Below, one piece after another: positions 59,601-64,000 of a stretch of DNA of 64,000 bases (the first letter of the stretch is position 1; the number at the start of each line of letters is the position of its first letter). Both the position numbers and the translations under genes were made by a program. The notes under the pieces are model-generated. The model saw only the letters and a program-made list of their open reading frames with translations. It was not told where the DNA came from and did no database searches. The stretch spans positions 5,270,001 through 5,334,000 of the forward strand of contig JAYWIR010000002.1 of NCBI GenBank assembly GCA_036172245.1, read 5' to 3'. Source of the DNA: Raillietiella orientalis (lineage: Eukaryota).

Positions 59601-62600
59601 GGGATCAAGGAGTTTCAGCATATTCAACGTGGTTGGTTTGCACCGTAAAAAAACGATGCCACCCCACGATTCGTTAAGCTTTGATGTGTGAAAGATCTGT
59701 TCAGCGTGATTGAAAGCATCAGTTATCTAAATGCAGAATTCACCGTCGTTTGTCCTTTCATTGGCATTCCATTGGCGTTTTGCCATCTTCAGCCTCCCTT
59801 TCCATTCATTCGGCATGCGTGAAAGCAGCACTGGTTCTCTTATGTTCGCTGAATTGCAAAGCACTCCGAATGCTCCATCATCGCTCTATTTCCGTTCTCT
59901 TGCTCCCTCATTTACATTTCTTCTTCTTCCCCGTTCCTCGTCCGTCAGATCGATGACATGTTGGGAACCCTTCAAACACTGGTAGTCGCCCGGCAACGCT
60001 CCGAATGCTTTCATTGGTTGCCTTCCGAGTCGAGAAACTTGCTTGCGACATGGATTTCACGCGGAGGCGGATACCCAAGCATTCCGATGGTTTGGTGAAG
60101 CGGTTGGTGTCCCGATAGGATGGCTCGCGGGTCCACCCTCCCAACATCGACCCTTTGACATTCAAAGCAGCACGGTCTTTACAGGCACAGCAACTACCAC
60201 GAGATCCTCTTGGAGCAAGATCTAAGCGTTTCCAAAGATCATCCATCCATCTTAACAGTTAATTATCTTTAATCCATTCCTCGAGGACGAAGCGGGGAGA
60301 GGAACGGATGAGAAAGCAGTGGTTTACGCACGTCAGAATAAAATCTAACCGCAAACGGTCTGCACTCAGCACGCGCAAAAACCAATCTCTGCGTTTCCAG
60401 TACGGGCGTTCAAAGCACCTCTCGGCTTCCAGAAGTCGGACAATTGAAACCTCGAAATGGAAGCATCAAGGTCCTTAGTTGATTGATGTGGCGCCTGTTC
60501 TCTCCACCCATCTTCACCCAGGGATGATCCTCCCATGGGAAGATCAGGTTTCGCAAACGAGGGAAAGAAGCTCGCAAGCAGTGCACGACGCAAACTCTAA
60601 CCCAATTGAGGCAGAGAGCGCATCGTAACCAACAGCGACGTCTTCCACCTGCAATGAGTTGGATGATGGCAGTAGCAGGCAGCCGAAAAACGCTAGACGT
60701 CTACCTTATCCAAAGGCAACATCCAAGAGCACGTGGATTGGTTTCGCCTCATCGAGGTGATTGCGGCATGGAAGAAAACCTGAGAGCACAGATCGTTTGA
60801 ACGCGGGTTTGAACGCGGCAACGCCTTTAACAAGGATTCAAGACGCTCACCTGAAAAACTGCGTGCAAAGGATAGCTGATGGGAAAATTTGCAAGCAGGA
60901 AACCTTCACACTTCGAGCATGCGCAACAGGTGTTGGCAAGTCTCATTCGTAGCAGCAAAGCCCATCTCAGTTCCATACGTGTAGCTTCATACTGCATCTT
61001 AGTATGGAGAGTGTTCCCGGGTTCTCCCCTTGGATAGGAAGAAAAAAGACAGCAGAACGAGAAGTTGTTCTGGATAAATCTTACTCCATCCACCAAACGG
61101 ATGGAAGCTGGGTCACAGCTGGACCGAACCTTTCAAGGAGGTGCAGTTGCATGAGGCGCGCTTCCCGTGCAAGGAGAGCAAAATTTAAGATGCCGAAGGA
61201 CCGGTCGACCATCTTCTCCGCTGTGCCTCTTTTTGCCTCTTCTTTCCATGAGTCCCAAATAATTGATTTCGCAGTGTGGTGGAAAAAAACGCCCGTTTGT
61301 CCCACTTGAGCTCTTGACTGCGCTACCATACACATGCGGTCCGCGTAATCAATCCTCTGTGAAGTATTGCTCGCGTCTCCTAAATGCACGATCTCTCTCC
61401 TCCCCACGAGGGGATTGCGGGAAGATCCACTCAAATCTTCTCAACTGATTTGGGAATCAGGTGGGAAGAGGTTCCGTACGCCTACTTTGTGTTTGGGGAT
61501 TTTGATTCCCGTGAACCAGGCTGGGAATGTTCTGGGGTACAAACCTGAGAATCCTGCTGGCGCAGTCCTGTAGCCTCTCTGCGATGCCGAAATGCTCTCC
61601 GGCCCGTGTTCGTGTACGAAATCCGCGTCCCCGAAGTAATCAGGGAGGAGCAGCGGCTTAAGTGAGGAAGTGAAACAGCGCATCTCCTGCATTCATTACG
61701 CAGTCTGAGGAACGAAGCAACAACCTGCAGCTCTCCTCTAGCCGAAGAACAAGTCTTTCACTTTCATCACTAAGGAAACCGCATTGAATAGTTTCGTTTA
61801 GGTAGATGGGGATGGGGATCGAATGCCGGTTGTTCTTCATCCAGTTCTTCAACAACCATTCGAATAGAGCGCGATAGACCTTCTTGCGACGTAATGAAGG
61901 GTCCTTTGATTAATCTGCCAAGCGCAGAGGTTTCCTCCCCTCAGCAAAGAGCTGTTTCAGAGCCTGATCTTCCAGCCTTCAGTTTCCTTGGAACACGAAA
62001 ATCCTAAAGGAGGAATCCACTACACGTTGCTTAATGAATTCATAACCATGGGAACCGGAAGCAGGAAAAGTTCAGAGAGCTTTCTCTCCCTCGTCCGGCA
62101 CGCAGCAAGTGGAGTTTTTTTTTTGGTTTTGATAAAGAGCTCACAGCAGGATAAACAAACTAGACAAGGAATGCTTGCACCTAAGCTGGTACTCTTCCCG
62201 TGGACTCTTCCCCCCCCACTGTTTCACCTTGCACTTCACTGGCTCTCCCACTTCCCGTTTCCCTCTCTGAGCCGCGCCCCAATGCTTGGGACCGCTTTCT
62301 CTGTACTTTATGTTTGCGCGCGCTGTCTGGCCCCATGCTGGTCGTTTCCGTGTTTGATACCTCCATGTCTACTGTTTTCTTACCTTGTGTGTGTGTGTGT
62401 GTTTTTTTTTTCTCTTTAACTTGATGATGCCCTACTTTTTCGACCGCTGTTTCGTTGTGTTCCTGCTGCTTCCGCCTCCAACGCGGGTACTCCGCCATGC
62501 AGGAACCCGGAATGCCGTCGGCTCTCCTAAAGAGGGCTGCTCAGCTGTCGGCAAAAGTTGGAAACCCAGAAGATTGGGGTTTCCGGTTCCAGTAGTGAGT

Positions 62601-62697
62601 TCATCGTTTGCTCTTAAACACTTGGATTTTCCTAAAGCCTGCTAACGGAAAAGCTCATTCATTGGCATAATTCGATGCCATCATAAGAAACAACGAC

Positions 62698-64000
62698 TTT
62701 TTCGTTCTTTTTTTTTGTTGTTTATCACCCGGGTGCGCCGGGGCGTTTATTAAAAACTATCCGGGAACAGAGTTCCTGGACAAAGGAAAAACAAGAGACG
62801 AAGGGGTGGGATCCCCGACACGCAGGTCGGTATGCCGAAAGTCCGGAACGGGAGGGAGGGGACCACAAATACACTACTATAAAAAAATAAAAATAAAAAT
62901 ATGGAGGGCAGGGGACAGGGGTCTTTGGTTCGGCCGTTCCTTCCTTTCAAAACCGGCGATGGATGCCGGCGATCTCTCTCCTCACGTCCTCTGGCAGATG
63001 GGCCCACTCGGCAGCCGACGACATGTTCGCGCTGGCTGATCCGGTGGGCTGACGAAGGATGGCCAGCTTCTCCAACTCTCGGTGGGCCTTGTCGATGGCG
63101 CGGGTGCAACACACGGTTGCAACGACAGCACCCAAAGACAGGCCGCCTGGCGTGAAAAAGCGGCGCATCAAGTCCCTCGCGGTGTCCCTCTGGTGCAGGA
63201 GAGCTGAGGCCAGCCTCCGCCAAAGTCCTAGGAGGGCACCGCAGTCCAGGAGCAGGTGCGGGAGCGTTTCCACTTCCCCGCACCGCTTACAGTTTGGGGA
63301 GACAACTCCCCCGGAAACACGGTTCGTTCACTGGTCGGAGTGAAAACCCCAATGCACCAGCATGATGACGTCCTGCTTCCACGAAAAAGGGAACACAGAA
63401 GTGTTCAAACAGGAGGGAAGGACCACAAGTTCTTCGGGGGACACACTCAAGTGTTCACTCCACCGAAGGAGTCCCTTCGGGATGTGGCGAGGCGTGGCGG
63501 CGTCTGCCAGCTCGCAAGTCCTCCAGCCGCCAATGGGTCGTGTTGTTCCTGCGATGGTGCAGGCAACCTCCCATCTCGCCGGTTCGCAGCTGTCATCTCT
63601 TGCCCTGAGGGCTGACAGCGCGTCGGCGAGGGGCGTGATGGCCAGGCGAGTCCACTTCTCCTGGCTGTTGCACACCTCATCCACCGTGCAGTACGGGGAG
63701 AGGTGAGCGCAACGGAGTTCCAGGAGTGAAACATCCTGGTGCTTTGCCCAGCCATGCAACGGTTCCTGCCGCCAGGATTCAAAGTTCGTTGGGCGGCAGG
63801 AGATCCATGCGTGGGCTACCAGGAGCCGGTAGAGGGGTTTCAACGGGAAACCGAAGCTTCTCGTGGCGCGCTCCGTGTGCGGCCGCAGCGACAGAAGTCC
63901 ATCGCTGCCGGTGCAGCGCCGCAGAAGCAGGCGCGCGGGAGCGCACCACGGAGTGGACCAAAGGTTGGCGCACAGGGCCAACATCCGAAGCTGCACCTGC
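62698..64000 (-). mobile_element. 3' end of an L1/Tx1-like LINE (ORF2 C-terminus with CCHC zinc finger, 3' UTR, poly(A) signal, A-rich tail); runs off the window
   Basis: PNCKRCGEVETLPHLLLDC (zf-RVT-type CCHC), stop at 62947, AATAAA on minus at 62746-62751, A-rich tail at about 62698-62722; at least one in-frame stop or frameshift near 63330. Confidence 0.85.

Noticed and set aside
59700..62000. Possible decayed coding sequence
   Set aside because: No family recognisable by eye; left unannotated.

Overview
Eukaryotic (invertebrate animal) genomic DNA in three compartments. (1) An AT-rich core at about 21.5-49.5 kb holds two divergent spliced genes. One is a complete 19-exon Eps15/EPS15L1 orthologue on the minus strand (about 870 aa; 3 EH domains, coiled coil, DPF motifs, C-terminal UIM; ten introns of only 39-52 nt). 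The other is a plus-strand LRGUK-like leucine-rich-repeat gene whose second intron looks like a 5.4-kb minor-spliceosome (U12-type) intron with apparent GT...TG ends. (2) and (3) The GC-rich flanks (about 1-21 kb and 50-64 kb) are retroelement graveyards. They contain many decayed Ty3/gypsy gag-pol fragments, three relics of one L1/Tx1-like LINE family, and about ten copies or fragments of an unusually long (about 830-880 nt) tRNA-headed SINE-like element. This element has a hairpin-minisatellite body, forms head-to-tail clusters with fold-back hairpins at junctions, and has left one 3'-truncated copy with an 11-bp target-site duplication. Most ORFs in the supplied track are spurious readings of these relics. 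All family assignments come from motif recognition by eye, not database searches, and relic boundaries are approximate.
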